DNA of 64,000 bases from Actinomycetota bacterium (lineage in GTDB: Bacteria; Actinomycetota; UBA4738; HRBIN12). The notes below the pieces were generated by a model. It was not told the origin of the DNA and made no database searches. It was given only the letters and a program-made list of their open reading frames with translations. A program made the position numbers and the translations under genes. This document shows positions 1 to 8,842 of the stretch, in pieces. Each line of letters starts with the position of its first letter. Within the stretch, counting starts at the first letter, position 1. The stretch lies in contig BPGL01000001.1 of assembly GCA_026003015.1 (NCBI GenBank), positions 902,913 through 966,912 on the forward strand. Direction: 5' to 3'.

Positions 1-1513
1 CCGACAGCGCCCACAGCGCGATCGCCGACGCTCCGTAGGCGAGGGCGGCGACGATCGAGGCGCCGGGTCGCGCGGTGCGCCGAACCGCCGCCCGGTACAG
101 GAGGACGCCCGAGAGCACCGGCGCCGCCGCCAGCACGACCTTCTGGGCGACGGCCGCCCCCCCGGGAACGATGGCCGAGACCGCGGCGACCACCGCGAGG
201 GCCGGACTCGCGGCCAGCGGGCCGCCCAGGCCCGTGCTGCGGGTCGCGGACACGAGCTCAGCCAAGAGCGGTCCGGCCCCCTCGGGGAAGGCGGGCAAGA
301 TGCCGCCCGCCAGGGGCTCGGGTCCGACGAGGTCTCGCAACGCCAGGCCGAGCACGAGCCCGGCGAGCGTCGAGCCGACGACGACCGGGTGGGCGCGGGC
401 GAGCGACACGGTCCGGCGTCGGAACCCGCCGGCCCCCGGCTCGTCGGCCTCGTCGAGCTGCCGTTGCTCCTCCCAGATCCGCTCCGCCGTCTGGAACCAG
501 CGGGGCAGGCGGATCCCCGCCGAGGCCGTGAAGCGACGGAGCGCTCGATCCGAGACGCGGCGCGAGCGCTGCACCCGCCGACGGCGGGCGAGCGTCCCCG
601 GGAGGTGCACGACGTTCCACCACCACGCTCGACCGAGGTCGACGGCCTCCTCGAACCGCCGGGTGAGGGCCAGGAACACGAGGCGCACCGCGGCCAGCAG
701 CGCGGCCAGCGGGAGCACGGCGAGCAGCGACCACGGCGAGTAGTTCTTCAGGATCGTGGCGAGCGCCGCTCGATCCTCCTCGTAGCGCCGGTGCTCGGGC
801 GATGGGCGGCCGCCGGCGTGGCGGACCCGAGCGAGCGGCGTCATGAGGACCCGCCACCCGCCGACGCGCGCCCGCCAGCAGAGGTCGAGAACGCCGTCGC
901 CGTCGAGGCGCTCATCGAGCAGCCCGAGCAAGCGCCATACATCTCGGGCCACGAGCATCGCGCAGCCGTCCACCGCGAGCACGTCGAGGACGCGGTCGAA
1001 CTGCCCCTGGTCGAGCTCGTCGGGCAGCAGGCTCGAGAACGGGTGCCCGAAGCGGTCGGCGCTGCGCCCGACGTCGCGAAGCACCCTCGGTCGATCCCAG
1101 TCGACGACCTTCGCTCCGACGATCCCCACGCGCTCGACGCCGGGGATCGCCGTCGCCTCGACCAGCCGGGCGACCGCGTCGGGGTCAGGTGCGGCGTCGC
1201 CGTGCAGCACCAGCAGGTGGTCCGCCTTCTCGGCCACCGGAGCCGCCGCCGCTCGTGCGAGGCACCGCGCGATGCCCTCCGGTCGCTCGTTGCGGAGCAC
1301 GCGCTCGGCGCCGAGGGCGCGGACCAGCAGCTCGTGGGAGCCGTCATCGGTCCCGTCATCGATGGCGAGGACCCCGAGCCGCGGGTAGGTCTGGGCCGCG
1401 AGGGCGGCCAGGCAGGCGCGCAGACGCGCGGGATCGCCACGGGCCACGAGGATCACGAGCACCGTGGGGAAGGACTGCTGCACGGCGGCGTCGGGCTCGG
1501 GTGCGGACGTCAT
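1..1513 (-). CDS. Family 2 glycosyltransferase, partial (runs off the left edge), with a C-terminal membrane region
   Basis: My own translation of the minus strand from the ATG at 1513-1511 gives MTSAPEPDAAVQQSFPTVLVILVARGDPARLRACLAALAAQTYPRLGVLAIDDGTDDGSHELL... This is a typical GT2 (GT-A) N-terminus with DxD-like motifs, followed by hydrophobic segments. The frame stays open to position 1. It is absent from the ORF track because no stop lies within the window. Confidence 0.7.
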   Translation of the reverse strand, partial: MTSAPEPDAAVQQSFPTVLVILVARGDPARLRACLAALAAQTYPRLGVLAIDDGTDDGSHELLVRALGAERVLRNERPEGIARCLARAAAAPVAEKADHLLVLHGDAAPDPDAVARLVEATAIPGVERVGIVGAKVVDWDRPRVLRDVGRSADRFGHPFSSLLPDELDQGQFDRVLDVLAVDGCAMLVARDVWRLLGLLDERLDGDGVLDLCWRARVGGWRVLMTPLARVRHAGGRPSPEHRRYEEDRAALATILKNYSPWSLLAVLPLAALLAAVRLVFLALTRRFEEAVDLGRAWWWNVVHLPGTLARRRRVQRSRRVSDRALRRFTASAGIRLPRWFQTAERIWEEQRQLDEADEPGAGGFRRRTVSLARAHPVVVGSTLAGLVLGLALRDLVGPEPLAGGILPAFPEGAGPLLAELVSATRSTGLGGPLAASPALAVVAAVSAIVPGGAAVAQKVVLAAAPVLSGVLLYRAAVRRTARPGASIVAALAYGASAIALWALS

Positions 1514-1566
1514 GGGGTTCGCGCGCGAGGCGGGCGGGAGCCTAGCAGCACCGCCCGGACGCGCAG

Positions 1567-1592
1567 GAGGGGGCCCGCAGGGGCCCCCTCCG
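1567..1592 (-). terminator. Possible GC-rich stem-loop (GGGGGCCC-gcag-GGGCCCCC) downstream of the KA-rich protein gene
   Basis: Inverted repeat seen directly in the sequence, between the stop at 1610 and the next gene start at 1513. There is no U-tract, which is common in high-GC actinobacteria. Confidence 0.25.
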
Positions 1593-1609
1593 GACGACGC
1601 CGACCGACG

Positions 1610-1981
1610 TCAGCGCTTGGCTGCGGGACGACGCGCCCCGGAACGCCGGGCCGTCGTCTTGCGACGGGCCGTCGACTTCCTGGCGGCCGTCTTCTTCCGC
1701 GAGGTGGACGCGCGCGCGGTCGTCTTCTTGGCCGTGGACTTCCTCCGCGCGGGCTTGCGCGCCGTGGTCTTCTTGGCCGTCGACTTGCGCGCGGTCGTCT
1801 TCTTGGCCGTGGACTTCCTCCGCGCGGGCTTGCGCGCCGTGGTCTTCTTGGCCGTCGACTTGCGCGCGGTCGTCTTCTTGGCCGTCGACTTGCGCGCCGC
1901 GGTCTTGCGCGCGGTCGTCTTCTTGGCCGCGGGCTTCCTCCGCGCGGGCTTGCGCGCCGCGGTCTTCTTGGCTGCCGCCAT
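1610..1981 (-). CDS. Lys/Ala-rich histone H1-like / HU-tail-like nucleoid-associated protein, 123 aa, built almost entirely of AKKTTARK-type repeats
   Basis: ORF translation is MAAAKKTAARKPARRKPAAKKTTARK(STAKKTTARK / STAKKTTARKPARRK)n. It has no globular domain. Its composition resembles bacterial histone-like Hc1/AlgP/HupB C-terminal tails. Confidence 0.6.
   Translation of the reverse strand: MAAAKKTAARKPARRKPAAKKTTARKTAARKSTAKKTTARKSTAKKTTARKPARRKSTAKKTTARKSTAKKTTARKPARRKSTAKKTTARASTSRKKTAARKSTARRKTTARRSGARRPAAKR
1726..1950. repeat. 75-bp tandem repeat (about 3 copies with a 30-bp sub-repeat) inside the KA-rich protein gene
   Basis: The unit cttggccgtggacttcctccgcgcgggcttgcgcgccgtggtcttcttggccgtcgacttgcgcgcggtcgtctt recurs at about 1726 and 1801 and partially after that. 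It encodes the 25-aa protein repeat. Confidence 0.6.
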
Positions 1982-2015
1982 GCTGCCCCCTTTCGTCTCC
2001 CGACTCCGACGGACG

Positions 2016-2243
2016 TCAGGACGCCATGCGCTTGAGGCGCCGGCGCTCCCGCTCGCTCATGCCTCCCCACACCCCGTAGCGCTCATCGCGCCGAAGCGCG
2101 TAGTTGAGGCACTCGATGCGCACGGGACACTCGCTGCAGATCCTCTTGGCCTCCCTCGATGAGCCTCCCTTCTCGGGGAAGAAGATCTCCGGGTCGTAGT
2201 CCCGACACCGCGCTCGCTCCTGCCACGGGATGTAGTGATGCAC
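2016..2243 (-). CDS. whiB: WhiB-family (Wbl) [4Fe-4S] transcriptional regulator
   Basis: 75 aa. Four Cys in the C..C-x(n)-CxxC..C arrangement (CRDYDP...ICSECPVRIEC) plus the GVWGG turn and a basic tail, the canonical Wbl signature. Confidence 0.9.
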   Translation of the reverse strand: MHHYIPWQERARCRDYDPEIFFPEKGGSSREAKRICSECPVRIECLNYALRRDERYGVWGGMSERERRRLKRMAS

Positions 2244-2262
2244 GCTCGTCTCCCCCCGAAAT

Positions 2263-2278
2263 CACACCTGTGTGATTC
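2263..2278. promoter_or_regulatory. Inverted repeat ATCACA-cctg-TGTGAT in a locally AT-richer island 20-35 bp upstream of the whiB start
   Basis: Seen directly in the sequence. The TGTGA/TCACA half-sites resemble CRP/FNR-family operator half-sites. Mycobacterial whiB1 is known to be CRP-regulated. Confidence 0.3.
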
Positions 2279-2426
2279 TGAGGGAAGAACCACCCCGGTG
2301 GCAAGAGGCGCACCGAAGAAGTTCTCTGCCTCATCCCTCATGTCCCGTCAATCGTGTCGTGCCTGCTGGCGCGTTGCAAGCCATCCCGACGGATTTGTCG
2401 CTCGTCAACCAGATTGACGGATCTGG

Positions 2427-4943
2427 TCAAGCGGATTGACTTCCGAGCCCCTTCGGGTCCTCGACCGAGTCTCGGACGTCGAGCAGCTCGTAGGTCGTCG
2501 AGCGCACCGCCGGCACACGACCGATCTCGCGGATCGCCGCGTCGAACCGCTCGGGCTCCATCGCGATGCCCCACTCGGCGCCGGCCATCCGGCTGATCGT
2601 CTCCTCCATGAGCGTGCCGCCGAAATCGTTCGCGCCCGCCTGGAGGATCCGCTGGGACGCCGCGACGCCGAGCTTCACCCACGACACCTGGACGTTGGGG
2701 ATCGCGCCGTCGAGCAGGATCCGCGCGACCGCGTGCATCCGCAGGCTCTCCTCGGGGGCAGGGCCGGGCCGGGCGCGTCCCGCGAGGTAGATCGGCGCGT
2801 TGCGGTGCACGAACGGGAGGGGGACGAACTCGGTGAAGCCTCCCGTATCTCGTTGCAGCGCAGCGATCCTACGGAGGTGCGCGACCCAGTGCGGGGGCGC
2901 GTCGACGTGGCCGAACATGATCGTGGACGACGATCGGATCCCGAGCCGGTGCGCCGTGCGCACGATCGCCTCCCACGTGTCGGCCGGGAGCTTGCCCTTC
3001 GTCAGCAGCCAGCGCACGCCGTCGTCGAGGATCTCCGCGGCGGTTCCGGGGATCGTGCCGAGCCCGCGCCGCTTCGCCTCCTGGAGGAACTCCTCGAAGG
3101 ACACGCCGAGCTTCGTCGAGCCGGCGAGGATCTCCATCGGGCTGAAGGCATGCACGTGGATCTCGGGCACGCGCGCCTTCACCGCGTCGAGGAGCTCGAA
3201 GTAGAAGGTGCCCGGCAGGTCCGGATGGATCCCTCCTTGCATGCAGACCTCGGTGGCGCCCGCACGCCACGCCTCCTCGGCGCGATCGGCGACCTCCTCG
3301 AGCGTGAGGGTGTACGCCTCGGGGTCGACCTCCCGTTGCGCGAACGCGCAGAAGCGGCACCCCACGTAGCAGACGTTCGTGAAGTTGATGTTGCGGTTCA
3401 CGACGTAGGTGACGATCGGCCCGACCGCCTCGGCCCGCAGCCCGTCGGCGACCCGGCACAGGGCCTGGAGCTGCGGACCCTCGGCCTGGAACAGCGCGAG
3501 GGCGTCCGCGTCGGTGAGGGGTCGGTGGCGCTCGGCCTTGCGCAGCGCCGAGCGGATCTCCCCCGTGAGCCGCTCCGGCTCCCGCCTGCGCGCCGCCCAG
3601 GCGCGGGTGATCGGGTCCTCCTGCGCCGCGGTGAGCTCGCCCCCGTAGACCGGCTCGGCGTCGGCCCGAAGCGTCTGGCCCTTGGCGAACCTCAGCGGGA
3701 GCGCACGCGGTCGGAACGTGAGCTCCGGGTCCTGCCAGACCGTCGGCTCGGGCGATCGGCCTTCCGCCGCAAGGCCTTCTGCGTCCGTGAGCGCTGCGAT
3801 GGGAGCCCGCATCCGAGCGGCGATCCAGGGGTCGGGCGCCGTCGCGTACCGCGGGTAGATCGCGAGTCGCTCCCGCAGCTCTTTGCCGCGGGCGGCCGTC
3901 GTGGCCGCCAGCGCCTCGATCGCCGGCCAGGGCCGCTCGGGGTTCACGTGGTCGGGGGTGACCGGCGACACGCCGCCCCAGTCGTCGATGCCCGCGTCGA
4001 GCAGCCGCAGGCGCCCCCGCTCGTCGGACAGGTTCGGCGGCGCCTGGACGCTCGCGAAGGGTCCGAGGACGACCCGCGCGGTCGCCACGGCGGCGAGGAA
4101 GGTCTCCTCGTCGGGCTCCGGCGCGTCGCGCATCGGGGTCCCGGGCTTGGCCCGGAAGTTCTGCACGATGACCTCCTGCACGTGGTGGAAGCGCCGATCG
4201 AGGTCCCGGATCGCGAGCAGGGACTCGGCCCGCTCGCGGGCCGTCTCCCCGATCCCAACGAGGATGCCCGTCGTGAACGGGATCGCGAGGCGGCCGGCGT
4301 CGGCGATCGTCCGCAGGCGCACCGACGGCACCTTGTCGGGCGAGCGGGCGTGCGGACCGTCCGGCTCGCAGAGGCGATCGCTCGCGCTCTCGAGCATCAG
4401 CCCCATCGAGGCGCTCACGTGCTTGAGGCGCGCGAGCTCCTCGTAGGAGAGGACGCCGGGGTTGAGGTGTGGCAGCAGGCCCGTCTCCTCGATCACGCGC
4501 ACGGACACGGCCCTCAGGTAGTCCACGGTCGAGCCGTAGCCTCGCTCGGCGAGCCACGCGCGCGCCTCGGGATAGCGGTCCTCGGGTCGGTCCCCGAGCG
4601 TGAACAGGGCCTCCTTGCAGCCGGCGCGCCGCCCTCGCTCGGCAATCGCGACGGCCTCCTCCGGCGTAAGGAAGGGGCGGTCCAGGCGGGCCGGCGGCTT
4701 GGCGAAGGTGCAGTAGCGGCATCGGTCGCGGCACAGCATCGTGAGCGGGATGAACACCTTCCGGGAGTACGTGACCCTGCCGCCGTGGCCGAGATCGCGC
4801 AGCCGACCGGCGATCGCGATCAGGCGCTCGAGGCCCTCCCCCCGCGCTTCGAGCAGCGCGGTGATGTCGTCGACGGACAGGGACCGTCCGTCGTCGGCTC
4901 GCGCCAGCGCCCGCCGCAGCATCGGCGCGATCGCCTCGGCCAT
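2427..4943 (-). CDS. fbiC: FO synthase (7,8-didemethyl-8-hydroxy-5-deazariboflavin synthase), bifunctional CofG/CofH fusion
   Basis: 838 aa with two radical-SAM CxxxCxxC motifs (CRDRCRYC and CYVGCRFC) and the CofG/CofH domain order typical of actinobacterial FbiC. Confidence 0.9.
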   Translation of the reverse strand: MAEAIAPMLRRALARADDGRSLSVDDITALLEARGEGLERLIAIAGRLRDLGHGGRVTYSRKVFIPLTMLCRDRCRYCTFAKPPARLDRPFLTPEEAVAIAERGRRAGCKEALFTLGDRPEDRYPEARAWLAERGYGSTVDYLRAVSVRVIEETGLLPHLNPGVLSYEELARLKHVSASMGLMLESASDRLCEPDGPHARSPDKVPSVRLRTIADAGRLAIPFTTGILVGIGETARERAESLLAIRDLDRRFHHVQEVIVQNFRAKPGTPMRDAPEPDEETFLAAVATARVVLGPFASVQAPPNLSDERGRLRLLDAGIDDWGGVSPVTPDHVNPERPWPAIEALAATTAARGKELRERLAIYPRYATAPDPWIAARMRAPIAALTDAEGLAAEGRSPEPTVWQDPELTFRPRALPLRFAKGQTLRADAEPVYGGELTAAQEDPITRAWAARRREPERLTGEIRSALRKAERHRPLTDADALALFQAEGPQLQALCRVADGLRAEAVGPIVTYVVNRNINFTNVCYVGCRFCAFAQREVDPEAYTLTLEEVADRAEEAWRAGATEVCMQGGIHPDLPGTFYFELLDAVKARVPEIHVHAFSPMEILAGSTKLGVSFEEFLQEAKRRGLGTIPGTAAEILDDGVRWLLTKGKLPADTWEAIVRTAHRLGIRSSSTIMFGHVDAPPHWVAHLRRIAALQRDTGGFTEFVPLPFVHRNAPIYLAGRARPGPAPEESLRMHAVARILLDGAIPNVQVSWVKLGVAASQRILQAGANDFGGTLMEETISRMAGAEWGIAMEPERFDAAIREIGRVPAVRSTTYELLDVRDSVEDPKGLGSQSA

Positions 4944-4972
4944 GGCGGCGAGCCTACTACGCTGTCCGCCCG

Positions 4973-5920
4973 ATGAAGGTGGCGGCGCTCGGCGGAGGGG
5001 TGGGCGCGGGCCGGTTCCTGCGCGGGCTCGCCCGGCTGGTGCCCGGAGACGACCTCACCGTGATCGTCAACGTCGGCGACGACGTGCGCGTGCACGGCCT
5101 GCACGTCTCGCCCGACCCCGACTCCGTCGTCTACTGGCTCGGCGACGCGTTCGACCGAGAGCGGGGCTGGGGACGTCGGGGCGACACGTTCCGCGCGACC
5201 GAGGAGCTCCGCGCCTTCGGAGCGCCGGACGCCTGGTTCTCGCTCGGCGACCTCGACCTCGCGACGCACCTGTTCCGCACGACCGGGCTCGCGGACGGGG
5301 TGCCGCTGTCGGAGGTGACCCGCCGGATCGCGGCCCGCTTCGGCGTCGGCGCTCGGATCCTGCCGGTCACCGACGACCCGCTCACGACCCGGATCGCGTG
5401 CCGGGACCGAGCGACCGGGGACCGGCTCGACCTGCACTTCCAGGAGTACTGGGTGCGCCGGGGCGGAGTCGATCCGGTGCTGTCGATCCGCTACGAGCAC
5501 GCGGAGCGGTCCCGCCCGGCGCCCGGGGTGCTCGAGGCGCTCGCGGCGGCCGACGCGATCGTCGTGTGCCCCTCGAACCCGGCCGTGTCGATCGGCCCGA
5601 TCCTGGCCGTGCCCGGCGTACGGGAGGCACTGGTCGCTCGGCGGGAGCGCGTGGTCGGGATCAGCGGCATCGTCGGCGGCGCCCCCGTCGCGGGGATGGC
5701 CGATCGCCTCTTGCCCGCGCTCGGGGTCGAGGTGAGCGCGGTGGGTGTCGCGGCCCACTACCGGGAGTTCCTCGCCGCCTGGGTGATCGACGAGCGCGAC
5801 CGCGACCTCGCGCCGGCGATCGAGCGGATGGGCGTCCGCGTCGGGGTCCTCGACACGATCATGCGCGACGACGAGCGTGCCGAGGCGGTCGCCCGCGCCG
5901 CGCTCGCGCTCCTCGGATGA
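4973..5920 (+). CDS. fbiA: 2-phospho-L-lactate transferase (CofD/FbiA)
   Basis: 315 aa. N-terminal MKVAALGGGVGAGRFLRGL and overall CofD/UPF0052 fold signature. Lies immediately upstream of fbiB. Confidence 0.9.
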   Translation: MKVAALGGGVGAGRFLRGLARLVPGDDLTVIVNVGDDVRVHGLHVSPDPDSVVYWLGDAFDRERGWGRRGDTFRATEELRAFGAPDAWFSLGDLDLATHLFRTTGLADGVPLSEVTRRIAARFGVGARILPVTDDPLTTRIACRDRATGDRLDLHFQEYWVRRGGVDPVLSIRYEHAERSRPAPGVLEALAAADAIVVCPSNPAVSIGPILAVPGVREALVARRERVVGISGIVGGAPVAGMADRLLPALGVEVSAVGVAAHYREFLAAWVIDERDRDLAPAIERMGVRVGVLDTIMRDDERAEAVARAALALLG

Positions 5921-5927
5921 GGCGCGG

Positions 5928-7241
5928 ATGAGGGTCGAGCTCGTCCCCGTCCGAGGCGTGCCCGAGGTCCGCCCCGGCGACGACCTCGCGCGCCTGCTCG
6001 CCGAGGCACTCGGGCCGCTCGGCCCGACCGGCGGCGACGTGCTCGTCGTGACCCAGAAGGTCGTGTCGAAGGCCGAGGGACGGCTCGTGCCCGACCGCGA
6101 CCGGGCCTCGGTGGTGGCCGCGGAGACCCGACGCGTCGTCGCCCGTCGCGGGGAGCTCGTCATCGCCGAGACGCGCCACGGCTTCGTCTGCGCCAACGCG
6201 GGGGTCGACGCCTCCAACGTCGAACCGGGATGGCTGTCGCTCCTGCCCGAGGACCCCGACCGCTCGGCCGCCCTGCTGCGCGAGGCCCTCGCGGAGGCGC
6301 TGGGCGTCGAGCTCGGGGTGGTCGTGACCGACACGTTCGGCAGGCCCTGGCGTCGGGGCGTGGTCGAGGTGGCGATCGGCGTGGCCGGCCTCGCACCGCT
6401 CGTGGATCTGCGCGGCACGCACGACGCCTTCGGACGCGAACTCGAGGCGACCGTCGTGGCCCTCGCCGACGAGATCGCCGCGGCGAGCGGGCTCGTCGCG
6501 GGCAAGGCCGCGGGGATCCCCGCGGTGCTGGTGCGCGGCGCGCGCGAGCTCCCCGGGACCGGCGGCGCGCGCGAGCTCCCCGGGACCGGCGGCGCGCGCG
6601 AGCTCCTCCGTCCCGCGGCCGAAGACCTGTTCCGATCCTCTCCCCTCGAGGCGATCCACGCCCGCCGGACGATCCGCTCGTTCGGTCCCGGCGCGGTCGA
6701 TCCGGGGGCGATCGAAGAGGCGATCCGCGCGGCCGTCACCGCGCCCGCGCCCCACCACAGCCGCCCGTGGCGGTTCAGCGTCCTGACGAGCGCGCCGGCG
6801 AGGCGAACCCTGCTCGCCGCGATGGCCGAGGCGTGGCGAGAGGACCTACGGGCCGACGGGGTCGACGAGGCCACGATCGCCCGCCGGATCGCGCGCAGCG
6901 ACGCGGTGCTCGGCGCCGCGCCCGTCCTCATCGTGCCCTGGGTGAGCGCCGAGGCGGCGCACGCCTACCCCGACGAGGCTCGGCGTTGGGCCGAGCACGC
7001 GATGTTCCTGCTGTCGGGCGGGGCCTCGATCCAGAACCTGCTGCTCGCGCTCACCGCTCAGGGTCTCGCGTCGTGCTGGATCTCCTCGACGCTGTTCTGC
7101 CAGGAGGAGACGCGCGCCGCGCTCGGGGTCGACGAGCGGTTCATCGCGCTGGGGACGGTCGCGTGCGGACCGATGCCCCAGGAGCCGGCGACACGCCCCC
7201 GACCGCCCACGGACGTCGACGCGTTCGTCGACCGCCGGTAG
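5928..7241 (+). CDS. fbiB: F420-0:gamma-glutamyl ligase (CofE) fused to a C-terminal nitroreductase-like domain (FbiB)
   Basis: An N-terminal CofE domain (MRVELVPVRGVPEVRPGDDL...VVTQKVVSKAEGR) and a C-terminal NADH-oxidase/nitroreductase-like domain. The start is moved to the ATG at 5928, just after the fbiA stop; the track ORF starts upstream at 5877. Confidence 0.85.
   Translation: MRVELVPVRGVPEVRPGDDLARLLAEALGPLGPTGGDVLVVTQKVVSKAEGRLVPDRDRASVVAAETRRVVARRGELVIAETRHGFVCANAGVDASNVEPGWLSLLPEDPDRSAALLREALAEALGVELGVVVTDTFGRPWRRGVVEVAIGVAGLAPLVDLRGTHDAFGRELEATVVALADEIAAASGLVAGKAAGIPAVLVRGARELPGTGGARELPGTGGARELLRPAAEDLFRSSPLEAIHARRTIRSFGPGAVDPGAIEEAIRAAVTAPAPHHSRPWRFSVLTSAPARRTLLAAMAEAWREDLRADGVDEATIARRIARSDAVLGAAPVLIVPWVSAEAAHAYPDEARRWAEHAMFLLSGGASIQNLLLALTAQGLASCWISSTLFCQEETRAALGVDERFIALGTVACGPMPQEPATRPRPPTDVDAFVDRR
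6537..6610. repeat. 27-bp in-frame tandem repeat (about 2.6 copies) in the fbiB inter-domain linker, encoding GARELPGTG x2.6
   Basis: ggcgcgcgcgagctccccgggaccggc is repeated exactly at 6537 and 6564, with a partial third copy. Confidence 0.7.
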
Positions 7242-7301
7242 TGCGCCAGGCGTCCGGGTAAGCTCCGGGCTCGACAGCGCCGGAGCGAAGGGATCCGAGC
7301 C

Positions 7302-8048
7302 GTGAGCGACCGCCCACGTCCCACGAAGGCCGAACGCAGGGAGCAGGCGCGCCTCGAGCGCGAGGCGATCCAGGCGCGCCTCGAGCGACGGGCCCGGGCC
7401 CGTCGCATCGGAACGGCCCTCGTCCTCGTCGGTGTGCTCGTCGCCGTGGCCGCGATCGTGCTCCTTGCCCGAGGCGGTGGCACCGCCGAGGTGCCCGCCC
7501 CTCAAGCGCTGCTTCAGCAGGCCGACGAGGCGGCTCGGGCGGCAGCGTGCGAGGAGGTCCGCACCACCCCGCCCTACGGGGCGCAGGACCGCGACCACGT
7601 CGCGACGCTGCCGGACCTCGCCACGTACCCATCGACGCCGCCCGCCTCGGGCCCCCACGGCGATTTCACGCTGCCCGCCGGCGTCTACGACGCCCCACCG
7701 CCCCTCGACCAGGTCCTCCACTCGCTCGAGCACGGCGCGGCCGTCGTCTGGTACGACCCGGCGCTCGCGAACGAGGAGATCGACCGGATCGAGGCGTTCT
7801 TCTCGCAGCCGGTCGACCGGGTTGCAGCGAGCCAGGACCGCGTGATCGTCGCGCCCTACGACTACCCCGGGCAGGCGGGGCGTCTGCCCGACGGGGTCGG
7901 GATGGCGCTCGTCGCGTGGCACCGGATCCGGCTGTGCGGTGAGCCGAGCCTGGCGGCCGCCTTCGACTTCACCTCGCGCTTCGCGTTCCCCACGGCCCTG
8001 GACCGTCCCTACGAAGGCGAGGCGCCCGAGGCTGGGGTCCCGATCTGA
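7302..8048 (+). CDS. DUF3105-domain membrane-anchored protein
   Basis: An N-terminal basic region, one TM segment (IGTALVLVGVLVAVAAIVLL) and a C-terminal domain with the LEHGAAVVWYDP motif typical of DUF3105. Confidence 0.7.
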   Translation: MSDRPRPTKAERREQARLEREAIQARLERRARARRIGTALVLVGVLVAVAAIVLLARGGGTAEVPAPQALLQQADEAARAAACEEVRTTPPYGAQDRDHVATLPDLATYPSTPPASGPHGDFTLPAGVYDAPPPLDQVLHSLEHGAAVVWYDPALANEEIDRIEAFFSQPVDRVAASQDRVIVAPYDYPGQAGRLPDGVGMALVAWHRIRLCGEPSLAAAFDFTSRFAFPTALDRPYEGEAPEAGVPI

Positions 8049-8055
8049 GGTCCCG

Positions 8056-8829
8056 GTGACGAGCCGCAAGCGACGACGGTCGCGAGAGCGCCCCGGCGAC
8101 GCACGCGGGCAGGCGGACGCCCCGACCGCGCCCCGGTCGCGCGGTCGCGAGGGGACCGGCGGGACCGCGAGCGACCGGCGGGCGCGCAAGGAGCGAGCAC
8201 GCGAGGAGCGCCGGCGGGCCCGCCGCGCCGAGCGGTGGCGCAAGGCCGTGCGTCGGCTCGCCGCGGTCGCCGCCGTCGGCGCCGTCGTGGCCGGGACGCT
8301 GTGGTATCTCGGCCGGGCGGCCGGCCGCGACCCGATCCCCGCCGCAGCGGTCCGCGCGGCCGCCGAAGCGGGCTGCACGACACCGACCCGCCAGTTCGAC
8401 GAGCCCGAGCGTGGGCACCTGCCGCCCTCGCAGATCGTCTACCGCGAGCGGCCCGCCACCGCCGGAGCGCACGAGGCCGTCGCCCTCCCGGTGCCGCCGC
8501 ACGTCTACGACGCCCCCGTCCCCGAGACGCGAGCGGTGCACGCGCTCGAGCACGGCGCCGTGATCCTGTACTACCGCCCCGACGGGCCGGGCGCCCTCGC
8601 CCCCGACGTCGTCGAGCGCCTGCGCGCGATCGCCGAGGGGAGCCGCGCCAGCGTCCTCGCCCCCTACCCCGACCTGCCCGAGGGCGTCTCGTTCGCGCTC
8701 GCCGCGTGGAACCTGCTGCAGACCTGCCCCGCCGGGCTGGCGCCCGAGCAGGCCACGACGATCGCCGAGGGCTTCATCGCCTCGGCGGAGTGCAAGGGCC
8801 AGCCCGAGCCCGGCATCCCTCCCTGCTGA
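8056..8829 (+). CDS. DUF3105-domain membrane-anchored protein (tandem paralog)
   Basis: Same architecture: TM segment LAAVAAVGAVVAGTLWYL and the HALEHGAVILYYRPDGPG motif. I place the start at the GTG at 8056, after the upstream stop; the track ORF is over-extended upstream. Confidence 0.65.
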   Translation: MTSRKRRRSRERPGDARGQADAPTAPRSRGREGTGGTASDRRARKERAREERRRARRAERWRKAVRRLAAVAAVGAVVAGTLWYLGRAAGRDPIPAAAVRAAAEAGCTTPTRQFDEPERGHLPPSQIVYRERPATAGAHEAVALPVPPHVYDAPVPETRAVHALEHGAVILYYRPDGPGALAPDVVERLRAIAEGSRASVLAPYPDLPEGVSFALAAWNLLQTCPAGLAPEQATTIAEGFIASAECKGQPEPGIPPC

Positions 8830-8842
8830 GCCCGATCGCTAG

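Noticed and set aside
389-2035. 548-aa plus-strand ORF with Arg/Gly/Leu-rich low-complexity translation
   Set aside because: Antisense to the GT2 and KA-rich genes. Composition is typical of wrong-frame ORFs in 72% GC DNA.
2436-4976. 846-aa plus-strand ORF antisense to fbiC
   Set aside because: fbiC on the minus strand has clear radical-SAM motifs. The plus-strand ORF is a GC-rich artefact.
4820-6931. 703-aa minus-strand ORF overlapping fbiA and fbiB
   Set aside because: Antisense to two well-supported genes, with Ser/Arg/Ala low-complexity translation.
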